From the NCBI RefSeq assembly GCF_000011465.1, contig NC_005072.1, positions 390,001-422,000 on the forward strand: DNA of 32,000 bases. The letters are read 5' to 3'. The DNA comes from Prochlorococcus marinus subsp. pastoris str. CCMP1986 (lineage in GTDB: Bacteria > Cyanobacteriota > Cyanobacteriia > PCC-6307 > Cyanobiaceae). The position numbers were made by a program, and so were the translations under genes. Numbering within the stretch: position 1 is the first letter of the stretch; every line of letters starts with the position of its first letter. A model generated the notes under the pieces. That model did not search any database and was not told where the DNA came from. It saw only the letters and a program-made list of their open reading frames with translations. Shown here piece by piece: positions 18,980-27,705 of the stretch.

Positions 18980-19210
18980 TTAACCTTTCTCAATTTCTTC
19001 AGGGAAAAACCAATTTTCCTCTCCATTTTGTAATTTAACAGTAATACCAATACTTCTACCATCGGTCATTTTATATCCAGTTGTTACAACTCTTGGGTTT
19101 GATGATATTTGATCAATTAGCTTTGCAGGTAATCTATCTTTAACTTTGTTAATGTTAATGTTAATTTTAACTTTACTACCAATTTTGGGTAATAATTTTG
19201 TTTCAGCCAT
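18980..19210 (-). CDS. Small conserved cyanobacterial protein (DUF2862-like)
   Basis: 76 aa: MAETKLLPKIGSKVKINI...YKMTDGRSIGITVKLQNGEENWFFPEEIE. The family assignment is recalled only. It ends 9 nt upstream of chlG. Confidence 0.55.
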   Translation of the reverse strand: MAETKLLPKIGSKVKINININKVKDRLPAKLIDQISSNPRVVTTGYKMTDGRSIGITVKLQNGEENWFFPEEIEKG

Positions 19211-19269
19211 AAAAGGTAAAATGGAAGCTATTATTCAAGATTAACAGCCTTTGGACAATTTTTATTAAA

Positions 19270-20037
19270 ATGGTAGCTCTTCGTTTAATTCCTTGTTTAG
19301 ATGTAGCTAATGGAAGGGTAGTTAAAGGTGTTAATTTTGTAAACCTTAGAGACTCTGGTGACCCTGTCGAATTAGCTTGTAAATACTCAGAAGCAGGAGC
19401 GGATGAATTAGTATTTTTAGATATAAGAGCTAGTGTGGAAAATAGAAAAACATTAGTTGATCTGGTCTCTAGAACAGCGAAATCAGTTAAAATTCCATTT
19501 ACTGTTGGTGGTGGCATAAATTCGATCAACTCAATTAATGATCTTTTAAGAGCAGGAGCAGATAAAGTAAGTTTAAATTCTTCTGCAGTAAAAAATCCAG
19601 ACATCATTTCCAAAAGCTCTACGAATTTTGGAACACAATGTATAGTTATTGCTATTGATGCAAGAAAAAAAATTACTAAATATAATGAATGGGAAGTTTA
19701 TGTTAAGGGTGGACGAGAGAATACTGGTTTAGATGTAATAAGTTGGGCAAAAAAAGTTGAGGAATTAGGTGCTGGAGAAATTTTATTAACTTCAATGGAT
19801 GGTGATGGGACACAAAATGGATACGACTTATTATTGACTCAAACAGTTGCAAATGCAGTTAATATTCCTGTGATTGCTTCTGGGGGTGCAGGCTCAGTAG
19901 AAGATATTTATGATGTTTTTACCAAAGGTAAAGCCTCTGCAGCACTTTTAGCATCTTTACTTCATGATAAAAAACTTACTATAGATGAAATAAAATCTTT
20001 TCTTATTGAAAAGAAACTACCAATAAGACCTAATTAA
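19270..20037 (+). CDS. hisF: Imidazole glycerol phosphate synthase, cyclase subunit
   Basis: 255 aa. Shows [33 protein letters not shown] and ASGGAG, the canonical HisF (beta/alpha)8 motifs. Confidence 0.95.
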   Translation: MVALRLIPCLDVANGRVVKGVNFVNLRDSGDPVELACKYSEAGADELVFLDIRASVENRKTLVDLVSRTAKSVKIPFTVGGGINSINSINDLLRAGADKVSLNSSAVKNPDIISKSSTNFGTQCIVIAIDARKKITKYNEWEVYVKGGRENTGLDVISWAKKVEELGAGEILLTSMDGDGTQNGYDLLLTQTVANAVNIPVIASGGAGSVEDIYDVFTKGKASAALLASLLHDKKLTIDEIKSFLIEKKLPIRPN

Positions 20038-20073
20038 AAAAAATAATTTATCATTAATTAAAAATATTTAAAT

Positions 20074-20775
20074 ATGCGATATAAAAAAACTAATGAGGTT
20101 AAAAGTATTTTTAATAATATTTCTTGTAGTTATGACTTTTTAAATAGTTTGCTTAGTCTGGGATTACACAAATATTGGAAAAAGACATTAGTTGATTTAT
20201 TAAAACCAATTAATGGGGAAAATTGGGCTGATTTATGTTGTGGAACTGGGGATCTATCATTTTTAATTTTTAAAAAAGTTAGGCCCAATGGAAGTGTTAC
20301 TGGAATAGATAGTGCAAAAGAAATTTTAAATATTGCAAAGGAAAAGTCGAAATTGATTGAAAATAAATTTATCTCTTGGGAGATGCAAGATATCTTAGAA
20401 ATAGATGAAGATTTAAAAAATTATGATGGAATTTGTATGTCTTATGGTTTAAGAAATTTAGTCAATGTAGAGGAAGGACTAAAAAAAGTCTTTAATCTTT
20501 TAAGTGATACGGGTAGAGCTGGGTTTCTTGACTTTAATCATTCTAAATTTAATTCTATAGCTGATTTGTTTCAAAAAATATATTTAAGATTTGTTGTGGT
20601 CCCAATTTCAAAAATTTTTAGATTAAGTAAAGAATATTCTTATATTGAAAAAAGTATAAAAAATTTTCCAAAGGGAAACGAACTTATGCTAATTGCAAAA
20701 GGAGTAGGGTTTAAGAAAGTTGAATATAGGACTATTTTTTTCAATCAAATGGGAATATTAATATTAGAAAAATAA
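20074..20775 (+). CDS. menG: UbiE/MenG-family methyltransferase (2-phytyl-1,4-naphthoquinone / demethylmenaquinone methyltransferase)
   Basis: 233 aa. Shows the UbiE signature F..I...YD..N...S.G.H..WK and SAM motif DLCCGTGDL, followed by YGLRN. Confidence 0.85.
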   Translation: MRYKKTNEVKSIFNNISCSYDFLNSLLSLGLHKYWKKTLVDLLKPINGENWADLCCGTGDLSFLIFKKVRPNGSVTGIDSAKEILNIAKEKSKLIENKFISWEMQDILEIDEDLKNYDGICMSYGLRNLVNVEEGLKKVFNLLSDTGRAGFLDFNHSKFNSIADLFQKIYLRFVVVPISKIFRLSKEYSYIEKSIKNFPKGNELMLIAKGVGFKKVEYRTIFFNQMGILILEK

Positions 20776-20783
20776 AATTCATC

Positions 20784-21266
20784 TTAATTATTTTTTCTCC
20801 AACAAAAAGTACATTTCCCCCATCTTGATATCTCACCTTCTGGTGCAGGACTATTGCATATTTTGCAAATAACCATATTATTATTCTTTATTCTGCTCGG
20901 ATGATTTTCCCAGACTGTTTTTGCATTGATCTCTTTTTTATCTAAGCTTTTGACTTCATAATTTTGAATTATCTTTATTTCATTTAAATTTATTCCAAAT
21001 CCGCTAATACTCTCCTTTAATCTATGTTTGTTATAAATTAGTGCCTGCCTCCATTGTGGATTATTTACAGCAATAATAAGAGTCTTGTGTTCAATTTTTA
21101 AGGGCTTACATGCTTTAGATAATTCCAGACCAGTTAACTTTTCCCAATTCTCATTTAGTTTGGATAGTTTATCTAAGTCTTTCCATGATTTTTTGAAATT
21201 ATCAATACAATTTCGCATTGATGATGGATATCTTTTATTCAATATTGGTAAATATCTTTTATTCAA
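20784..21266 (-). CDS. DUF721 (DciA-like) protein with a C-terminal zinc ribbon
   Basis: Up to 160 aa. DUF721-type core W..L.G..LSK.C.PLKIEHKTLIIAVNNPQWRQAL. The C-terminus has CKICN...18 aa...CTFC. The track start is a TTG at 21266, while an in-frame ATG at 21218 (MRNCIDNF...) is an equally plausible start. Confidence 0.65.
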   Translation of the reverse strand: MNKRYLPILNKRYPSSMRNCIDNFKKSWKDLDKLSKLNENWEKLTGLELSKACKPLKIEHKTLIIAVNNPQWRQALIYNKHRLKESISGFGINLNEIKIIQNYEVKSLDKKEINAKTVWENHPSRIKNNNMVICKICNSPAPEGEISRWGKCTFCWRKNN

Positions 21267-21341
21267 TTGATATAATTAGAGTTATAGGAGTTAAGATAAT
21301 TTAATCTTGTCAAGATTGCCTGTTTTTTATATTAAGGATTT

Positions 21342-22091
21342 GTGAAAGTTTTAGGATCAGTAGCTAAGACCACATATTACTACAAAAAAATCCAAGGAGT
21401 TTATCCTAATTGGAAACTTCAATACAAATTAAAATGTAAAAGTACTGAATACGAACTAACAAATTGGCTCCAAGATTCTCCAATCAAAAGATATAAACCA
21501 AGAGCAATAGTAGCTAAAGAACAATTTTTAGGAACAGGTCAGAATTCAAGACGATGGATTTCTCCTAAAGGAGGAATATGGCTAAGTGCGGCTTATCCAA
21601 TTTTTACCTCAAAATTTTCAAGTGAGATATTTAGTCTTTCATTCGCAATTAAGTTATGTGAAATGTTGAATAAGGAATCTATAAAAGTCGATTTAAAATG
21701 GCCAAATGATATTTTTTTTAATTCAAAAAAATTAATTGGATTTTTACCCAGAGTGATAACAAGAGGGAAAGAAATTATCTATTTAAGGATAGGTATCGGC
21801 ATGAATTTTTTAAATAAAACTCCATTAGAGGGCATTGCTTTATCTGAAATACTTAATACCAAAAATATATGCGAATATTATTGGACTGCAAAAATACTTA
21901 AAACTATTCATGAGTCAGTCGAATGTAATGATAAAAAAGAATATATTATTAAAAATGCAAATAGATATCTTACAAAAAAACATTTACCTAGAGGTTATAA
22001 CTCAAAAGATTGGGCAATAAAAGAAGTAGACAATAATGGCAATTTGAGAATTTATAACGGAATCCAAGAAAAAATATTAACGAGGTTTTAA
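21342..22091 (+). CDS. birA: Biotin--[acetyl-CoA-carboxylase] ligase (group I, no HTH domain)
   Basis: 249 aa with a GTG start. Biotin-binding loop variant GTGQNSRRWISPKGGIWLS and KWPNDI. No N-terminal winged-helix DNA-binding domain is recognisable. Confidence 0.8.
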   Translation: MKVLGSVAKTTYYYKKIQGVYPNWKLQYKLKCKSTEYELTNWLQDSPIKRYKPRAIVAKEQFLGTGQNSRRWISPKGGIWLSAAYPIFTSKFSSEIFSLSFAIKLCEMLNKESIKVDLKWPNDIFFNSKKLIGFLPRVITRGKEIIYLRIGIGMNFLNKTPLEGIALSEILNTKNICEYYWTAKILKTIHESVECNDKKEYIIKNANRYLTKKHLPRGYNSKDWAIKEVDNNGNLRIYNGIQEKILTRF

Positions 22092-22093
22092 AT

Positions 22094-22780
22094 TTATTTA
22101 ATTTTTAATTCAATTAATTTTCCATCTTTAAATCTTGCTATTTTTTTTGCCCGACTTGCAACTTCATCTTCGTGAGTAACTAAAACTATAGTTATACCTG
22201 ATTCATGAAGTTTATCAAAAAGGTCTAATACATCTTCTGTCGTCTTTGAATCTAAAGCGCCAGTGGGTTCATCGGCTAATAAAATTGCAGGATTATTGAT
22301 AATTGCTCTCGCAATAGCTACACGTTGTTGTTGCCCTCCTGATAATTGATTAGGACGATTATTTACTCTTTCAGAAAGTCCAACTTTGTCTAATGCATTT
22401 TTTGCTCGTTTTTCTCTTTCTATAGGATCTACCCCTGCATAAATCATCGGTAAAAGAACATTTTCTAGTGCTGTAGCGTCTGAGAGAAGGTGGAATTGTT
22501 GGAAAACGAATCCTAATTTTTGGTTTCTTAACTCAGCTAATTCATCATCAGATAAATTTTCAACAGGAGTTCCATTTAATTTATAAACACCTTGAGATGG
22601 TCTGTCTAGACAGCCAATAATGTTCATTGCGGTACTCTTACCTGAACCACTTGCGCCCATAACAGCCAAATAGTCCCCTTTATAAATTTCTAAATTCACA
22701 TTATCTAAGGCTTTTACGATAAGTTCATCTTTGCCATACATTTTTGATACTTTTTCTAAGGTCGCAACTTTTTTAGTCAT
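22094..22780 (-). CDS. ABC transporter ATP-binding protein (MacB/LolD/DevA-like)
   Basis: 228 aa. Walker A GASGSGKST, Q-loop, signature LSGGQQQRVAIARA, Walker B ILLADEPT and H-loop VTHE. Confidence 0.9.
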   Translation of the reverse strand: MTKKVATLEKVSKMYGKDELIVKALDNVNLEIYKGDYLAVMGASGSGKSTAMNIIGCLDRPSQGVYKLNGTPVENLSDDELAELRNQKLGFVFQQFHLLSDATALENVLLPMIYAGVDPIEREKRAKNALDKVGLSERVNNRPNQLSGGQQQRVAIARAIINNPAILLADEPTGALDSKTTEDVLDLFDKLHESGITIVLVTHEDEVASRAKKIARFKDGKLIELKIK

Positions 22781-22794
22781 TTATTAATACTCCT

Positions 22795-24315
22795 TTAAAG
22801 AACATTATTTGTTATCGCTAATATATTCTGTAAAAAAGGAGTTTCTGATACTGCTGAATTAGCTAATTTGAAAAGAGGGTTAGAAAGTATTCCTCCTAAA
22901 GCTGTAACAGCTATGCAAGTATATAATGCAATTCTAAGTGGAGGTAATCCAATGATATTCCAGTTGATCTCAGGATAAGATTTAACTATTTCAGAAGCTT
23001 CTTGTGGTTCTTTAACTACCATCATTTTTATAACCGAGATGTAGTAATAAATTGAAATTACTGAAGTTATTAATCCGACTACTACCAAAAGGTATTGATG
23101 GTTAGCCCAACCTGCAAAAAACAAATATATTTTCCCGAAAAAACCTAACATAGGCGGAAGCCCACCAAGAGAAAGAAGACATAGGCTTAGACCCAAAGTA
23201 ATTAAAGGATCTTTTTGATAAAGGCCTGAATAATCTGTAATTCTATCTGATCCAGTTCGGAGTGAAAAAAGTATTACACATGAAAAAGCCCCTAGATTCA
23301 TAAACAAATATGCAGCTAAATATAAAACAGCTGATGAAAGTCCATCTTGTGTTCCAGATACTATGCCAATCATTACAAATCCCGCTTGACCAATTGAACT
23401 GTAAGCCAACATTCTTTTCATTGAGGTTTGGGCCAATGCCACAATATTTCCTAGGGCCATACTCAAGATTGCTAAAATTGTAAATAATAGTTTCCATTGT
23501 TCATCGAAGGAGGAAAAAGTAGTGCTTAAAATTCTTATTGCAAAAGCAAATCCCGCAGTCTTAGATCCAACAGATAAAAAAGCTACTACAGGTGTGGGGG
23601 ATCCTTCATAAACATCAGGTGTCCACTGATGAAAAGGAACTGCAGCAATCTTGAAAGCAACAGTTGATAAGACAAATACTAGAGATAAGGATGTAATAAA
23701 TGATGGTTTATTTATTATCTCTACTCCAATTGTTGATAAGTTTGTGGAACCACTAAGACCATAAAGGAATGAGGATCCATATAAATAAACAGCAGCAGCA
23801 GCTGATCCAACAAGTAGATATTTTAAAGCGGCCTCTGAACTCCTAGGATCTCTCTTGAGATAACCAGAAAGACAATAACTAGCTACTGATAAAGTCTCTA
23901 AAGATATAAATACACTAACAAGGTCAGTAGATCCACACAAAAGCATGGCTCCTAAAGTTGCCGATAAGACTATTGCAGCGAATTCACCAATTGGACTCCC
24001 ACTCTGTTCTGTATAACGCCAACTAATTAGTAAAGAAATCAGAGTTGATAGTGCAATGATTGATCTAAAGGCAATAGCTAAATTATCTGAATTAAAAGAG
24101 CCAAGGAATGCACTGTTTACAGGGTTACTCCACTGTAAAGCGAGACTTATAAGAGAACTGCCTAATGAAATGTAACAAATTACTGGTGCCCACCTTGAGG
24201 CAGTTTTTTCGCCAGCAAGATCGACAAGAAGAGTTCCAACAATACCAAGCAAAATGAAAGCTTCTGGAATAATTGCTTGAGCATTTAAATTAATTGTAAA
24301 GATTTCGTTGGGCAC
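22795..24315 (-). CDS. ndhB: NAD(P)H-quinone oxidoreductase (NDH-1) subunit 2 / NdhB
   Basis: 506 aa with a GTG start. About 14 TM helices of the proton-antiporter-M family ([26 protein letters not shown]). The N-terminus is typical of cyanobacterial NdhB. Confidence 0.92.
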   Translation of the reverse strand: MPNEIFTINLNAQAIIPEAFILLGIVGTLLVDLAGEKTASRWAPVICYISLGSSLISLALQWSNPVNSAFLGSFNSDNLAIAFRSIIALSTLISLLISWRYTEQSGSPIGEFAAIVLSATLGAMLLCGSTDLVSVFISLETLSVASYCLSGYLKRDPRSSEAALKYLLVGSAAAAVYLYGSSFLYGLSGSTNLSTIGVEIINKPSFITSLSLVFVLSTVAFKIAAVPFHQWTPDVYEGSPTPVVAFLSVGSKTAGFAFAIRILSTTFSSFDEQWKLLFTILAILSMALGNIVALAQTSMKRMLAYSSIGQAGFVMIGIVSGTQDGLSSAVLYLAAYLFMNLGAFSCVILFSLRTGSDRITDYSGLYQKDPLITLGLSLCLLSLGGLPPMLGFFGKIYLFFAGWANHQYLLVVVGLITSVISIYYYISVIKMMVVKEPQEASEIVKSYPEINWNIIGLPPLRIALYTCIAVTALGGILSNPLFKLANSAVSETPFLQNILAITNNVL

Positions 24316-24483
24316 TTAATTAAATTGAATGTTTGATTGTAAGGATGTAAGAGTTAAACTTACTTGATTATAATTTGTGGGTATGAGTTTTGAAAATCTC
24401 GAGCAATATTGCTTGAAGAAGTTTCAATTAATCATAATATGCCCTAATTGATTAAAAAAACACTAATTTTATCGAAATAGACC

Positions 24484-27096
24484 TTGGATCACACACTTGT
24501 TATTGTTGAAAGTCCCACAAAGGCAAAAACTATAAGAAGGTTTTTGCCCCCTAATTATGAAGTTCTTGCTTCCATGGGACATGTAAGAGATCTTCCCAAA
24601 GGAGCAGCTGAAATTCCTGCATCAGTTAAAAAAGAGAAATGGTCAAGAATAGGTGTAAACACTACAGAAGATTTTGAACCACTTTATATCGTCCCAAAGG
24701 AAAAGAAGAAGGTCGTTAAAGATTTAAAAAATGCTTTAAAAGATGCTACTCAATTGCTATTGGCAACTGATGAAGATAGGGAAGGAGAAAGTATAAGTTG
24801 GCACTTAATGCAAATTCTTAAACCGAAAATCCCAACTAAGCGAATGGTTTTTCATGAAATCACTAAAAAGGCAATTAATAAGGCATTAGATGAGACCAGA
24901 GAAATTGATATGGAATTAGTTCAAGCTCAAGAAACTAGAAGAATTCTTGATAGGCTTTTTGGGTATGAACTTTCTCCATTACTTTGGAAAAAAGTAGCTC
25001 CCAGACTATCTGCTGGCCGTGTTCAGTCTGTTTCAGTAAGATTGCTTGTTAACAAGGAAAGAGAAAGGAGAGCGTTTAAAAAAGCCTCTTACTGGGGATT
25101 AAAAGCCACTTTGCTTAAAGATAATATTTCTTTTGAATCTAAGTTATTTAGTCTAAATGCCCAGAAAATCTCTAACGGTTCTGATTTTGATGAAAAGACA
25201 GGTAACTTAAAAAAAGGTAATAAATCTTTAATCTTGAACGAAGACAGAGCAAAGAGTCTTCTCAAAACTTTATCTAAGGAAAAGTGGAAAGTCTTAAGAG
25301 TAGAAAAAAAACCAACAATTAGGAAGCCTGTTCCACCTTTTACTACTAGTACTTTGCAACAGGAAGCTAATCGAAAACTTCGACTATCTGCAAGAGAAAC
25401 AATGAGATGCGCTCAAGGCTTATATGAGAAAGGTTTTATTACATATATGAGAACTGATTCAGTACATCTTTCTGAACAAGCGATTAGAGCGGCGAGAGAA
25501 TGTGTAAATTCAAAATATGGGAAAGAATATTTATCAAGCTCAGCTCGTCAATTTAATTCAAATGCTAGGAATGCTCAAGAAGCACATGAAGCTATCAGGC
25601 CGGCTGGAGAAGTATTTAAAACTCCAAATGATACAGACTTGTCAGGAAGAGATCTCTCTTTATATGAATTAATTTGGAAAAGAACTGTTGCCAGTCAAAT
25701 GGCGGAAGCAAAATTAACAATGATTAATGCTGAAATAGAAGTTGGGGAAGGATTATTTAAGTCAAGCGGAAAAAGTATTGATTTTGCAGGTTTTTTTAGA
25801 GCTTATGTAGAAGGTAGTGATGATCCAAGCGCATCACTAGAACAGCAAGAAGTCATTCTTCCTGATTTAACTCAAGGGTCTGTTCTAGAAGTTGATAGCA
25901 AAGAGGCTACTTATCATGAAACCAAATCACCAGCTAGATATACTGAGGCTGCATTAGTCAAAGTTTTAGAAAAAGAGGGAATAGGAAGACCTTCTACTTA
26001 TGCAAGTATTATTGGAACAATTGTAGATAGGGGCTATGCAAATATTTCTTCAAATTCCTTGTCGCCTACATTCACAGCTTTTGCTGTTACGGCATTATTA
26101 GAGGAACACTTTCCTGATCTTGTTGATACTACATTTACGGCAAAAATGGAATCTTCATTGGACGAAATTTCTTCAGGTAATCTTGAGTGGCTTCCATATT
26201 TAGAAACTTTTTATAAAGGTAAAAATGGTCTTGAGGTAAAAGTTCAGAAAACTGAGGGTGATATTGATGGAAAAGCATACAGACAAGTTGATTTTGATGA
26301 CTTACCTTGCGTAGTCAGAATTGGTTCTAATGGCCCATGGCTTGAAGGGGTAAAAATAGATGAATCAGGAAATGAAATACAGGCAAAAGGTAATCTCCCT
26401 ATGGATATTACTCCTGGAGATTTAGATAAAAAGAAAGTTGATCAAATTCTTAGTGGCCCCTCAGATCTAGGAACTGATCCAAAAACTGGAGAGCAAGTAT
26501 TTTTAAGATTCGGCCCTTATGGACCTTACGTTCAATTAGGAAATACTGAAGAAGACAAAGCGAAGCCAAGAAGAGCCTCTTTACCAAAAGAGTTAAAAAC
26601 TGATGACTTAACTTTATTGGAAGCACTAGAACTATTAAGCTTACCAAAATTGTTAGGAGAACATCCAGAAGGTGGAATTGTTGAGGCAGATAGGGGAAGA
26701 TTTGGTCCATATATTAAATGGATAAAAAATGAAGATGAGTCTGAAAATAGATCTTTAAAAAAAGAAGATGATGTTTTTAAGGTTGATCTTAAGCGCGCAT
26801 TAGAAATCCTCGCGATGCCAAAATTAGGTAGAGGAGGACAAGAAGTAATAAAGGATTTCGGAAAACCTAAAGAGTTAAAAGATAAAATTCAGATTTTAAA
26901 TGGAAGATATGGACTATATATAAAGTGTGGAAAAACAAACGTTTCTTTACCTAAAGATACTGATTTAGAAAAATTTACACTTGATAATGCTTTGGTTTTA
27001 TTAGAAGAGAAAATGAAAGATAAAAATAGCTCTGTTTTCAAAAAAAATAAAGTAATTAGTAAAAAGACCTTAAAGAATAAAAAAAGTAAAAAATAA
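24484..27096 (+). CDS. topA: DNA topoisomerase I
   Basis: 870 aa with a TTG start. Toprim N-terminus LVIVESPTKAKTI and DEDREGE, with the active-site region ITYMRTDS. The C-terminal region has four cysteine-free G(R)(F/Y)GPY repeats. Confidence 0.95.
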   Translation: MDHTLVIVESPTKAKTIRRFLPPNYEVLASMGHVRDLPKGAAEIPASVKKEKWSRIGVNTTEDFEPLYIVPKEKKKVVKDLKNALKDATQLLLATDEDREGESISWHLMQILKPKIPTKRMVFHEITKKAINKALDETREIDMELVQAQETRRILDRLFGYELSPLLWKKVAPRLSAGRVQSVSVRLLVNKERERRAFKKASYWGLKATLLKDNISFESKLFSLNAQKISNGSDFDEKTGNLKKGNKSLILNEDRAKSLLKTLSKEKWKVLRVEKKPTIRKPVPPFTTSTLQQEANRKLRLSARETMRCAQGLYEKGFITYMRTDSVHLSEQAIRAARECVNSKYGKEYLSSSARQFNSNARNAQEAHEAIRPAGEVFKTPNDTDLSGRDLSLYELIWKRTVASQMAEAKLTMINAEIEVGEGLFKSSGKSIDFAGFFRAYVEGSDDPSASLEQQEVILPDLTQGSVLEVDSKEATYHETKSPARYTEAALVKVLEKEGIGRPSTYASIIGTIVDRGYANISSNSLSPTFTAFAVTALLEEHFPDLVDTTFTAKMESSLDEISSGNLEWLPYLETFYKGKNGLEVKVQKTEGDIDGKAYRQVDFDDLPCVVRIGSNGPWLEGVKIDESGNEIQAKGNLPMDITPGDLDKKKVDQILSGPSDLGTDPKTGEQVFLRFGPYGPYVQLGNTEEDKAKPRRASLPKELKTDDLTLLEALELLSLPKLLGEHPEGGIVEADRGRFGPYIKWIKNEDESENRSLKKEDDVFKVDLKRALEILAMPKLGRGGQEVIKDFGKPKELKDKIQILNGRYGLYIKCGKTNVSLPKDTDLEKFTLDNALVLLEEKMKDKNSSVFKKNKVISKKTLKNKKSKK

Positions 27097-27098
27097 AT

Positions 27099-27683
27099 AT
27101 GGGTTTTATAAAAAATAAATTATTTATTTTTATTATCTTAATTTTATTACAATCTTGTTCTGGAGGAAGAATTGGAAATTTTTTTGAGTCTAGTTTTAAA
27201 AATATTGAAGAGACAAAAATAAAAGAAGATGTCAAAAATAATTTAAAGAATAAGATTGTTATTAAATCTGGGGGGATTGTGGAAAAAAACAAAAATATTG
27301 AAGAGACAAAAATAAAAGAAGATGTCAAAAATAATTTAAAGAATAAGATTGTTATTAAATCTGGGGGGATTGTGGAAAAAAACAAAAATATTGAAGAGAC
27401 AAAAATAAAAGAAGATGTCAAAAATAATTTAAAGAATAAGGTTTTAAAAATGTCTGAGAAGAAATCAAAAAATAACAAAAAAATTTCTGATAAAAATATA
27501 TCTCCTAAAAAAATAATATTTCAGCCTAAATCATACAAAATTATTTTTATTTTAAAAGATGTAGATCCAAAAGATCCCACTGAAGATTTAAGGGCCATTT
27601 TAAGAAATTCTGATGTAAATTTTGAAATAGAAAAGATTGAACGTTATTTTGATACAAAAAATAAAACTATAAAAAGTAATTAA
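27099..27683 (+). CDS. Lys-rich lipoprotein with a 31-aa perfect tandem repeat
   Basis: 194 aa. Signal peptide plus lipobox (FIFIILILLQSCSGG). KNIEETKIKEDVKNNLKNKIVIKSGGIVEKN occurs twice in full, followed by a partial third copy. Starts 2 nt after the topA stop. Confidence 0.65.
   Translation: MGFIKNKLFIFIILILLQSCSGGRIGNFFESSFKNIEETKIKEDVKNNLKNKIVIKSGGIVEKNKNIEETKIKEDVKNNLKNKIVIKSGGIVEKNKNIEETKIKEDVKNNLKNKVLKMSEKKSKNNKKISDKNISPKKIIFQPKSYKIIFILKDVDPKDPTEDLRAILRNSDVNFEIEKIERYFDTKNKTIKSN
27198..27440 (+). repeat. Perfect 93-bp direct tandem repeat, about 2.6 copies, in frame within the lipoprotein gene
   Basis: Copies start at 27198, 27291 and 27384. Copies 1 and 2 are identical base for base. 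Copy 3 is identical up to 27440 and then diverges (A versus G at the next base). Confidence 0.95.
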
Positions 27684-27705
27684 ATATTTATACAAAAAAT
27701 TTCAA

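Noticed and set aside
19203-19613. A 136-aa ORF antisense to hisF that reaches into the DUF2862-like gene start.
   Set aside because: It lies entirely opposite the highly conserved hisF frame. Its composition is Ser/Thr/Leu-rich with no motifs. This is typical stop-free antisense frame behaviour, and hisF is unambiguous.
21267-21341. A BirA operator (bioO-like) in the birA upstream region.
   Set aside because: This BirA lacks an N-terminal DNA-binding domain (group I ligase). The region contains direct repeats, not the inverted repeat expected for bioO.
24383-24451. A 22-codon ORF (MSFENLEQYCLKKFQLIIICPN) in the ndhB/topA spacer.
   Set aside because: It is too short, has no SD or family resemblance, and overlaps the proposed topA promoter and palindrome. 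It is more simply explained as regulatory DNA.
27198-27440. The regularly spaced identical repeats could look like a CRISPR array or a satellite.
   Set aside because: The repeats are contiguous with no spacers. The unit is 93 bp (31 codons), in frame within an ORF that has a signal peptide and lipobox. No cas genes are present. It is a coding tandem repeat.
27056-27478. A 140-aa minus-strand ORF encoding a repetitive hydrophobic protein (FFKLFLTSSFIFVSSIFL...).
   Set aside because: It is a mirror artefact of the plus-strand repeat. It would overlap the topA 3' end and has no credible start context. The plus-strand frame has a proper lipoprotein signal and continues into a non-repetitive domain.
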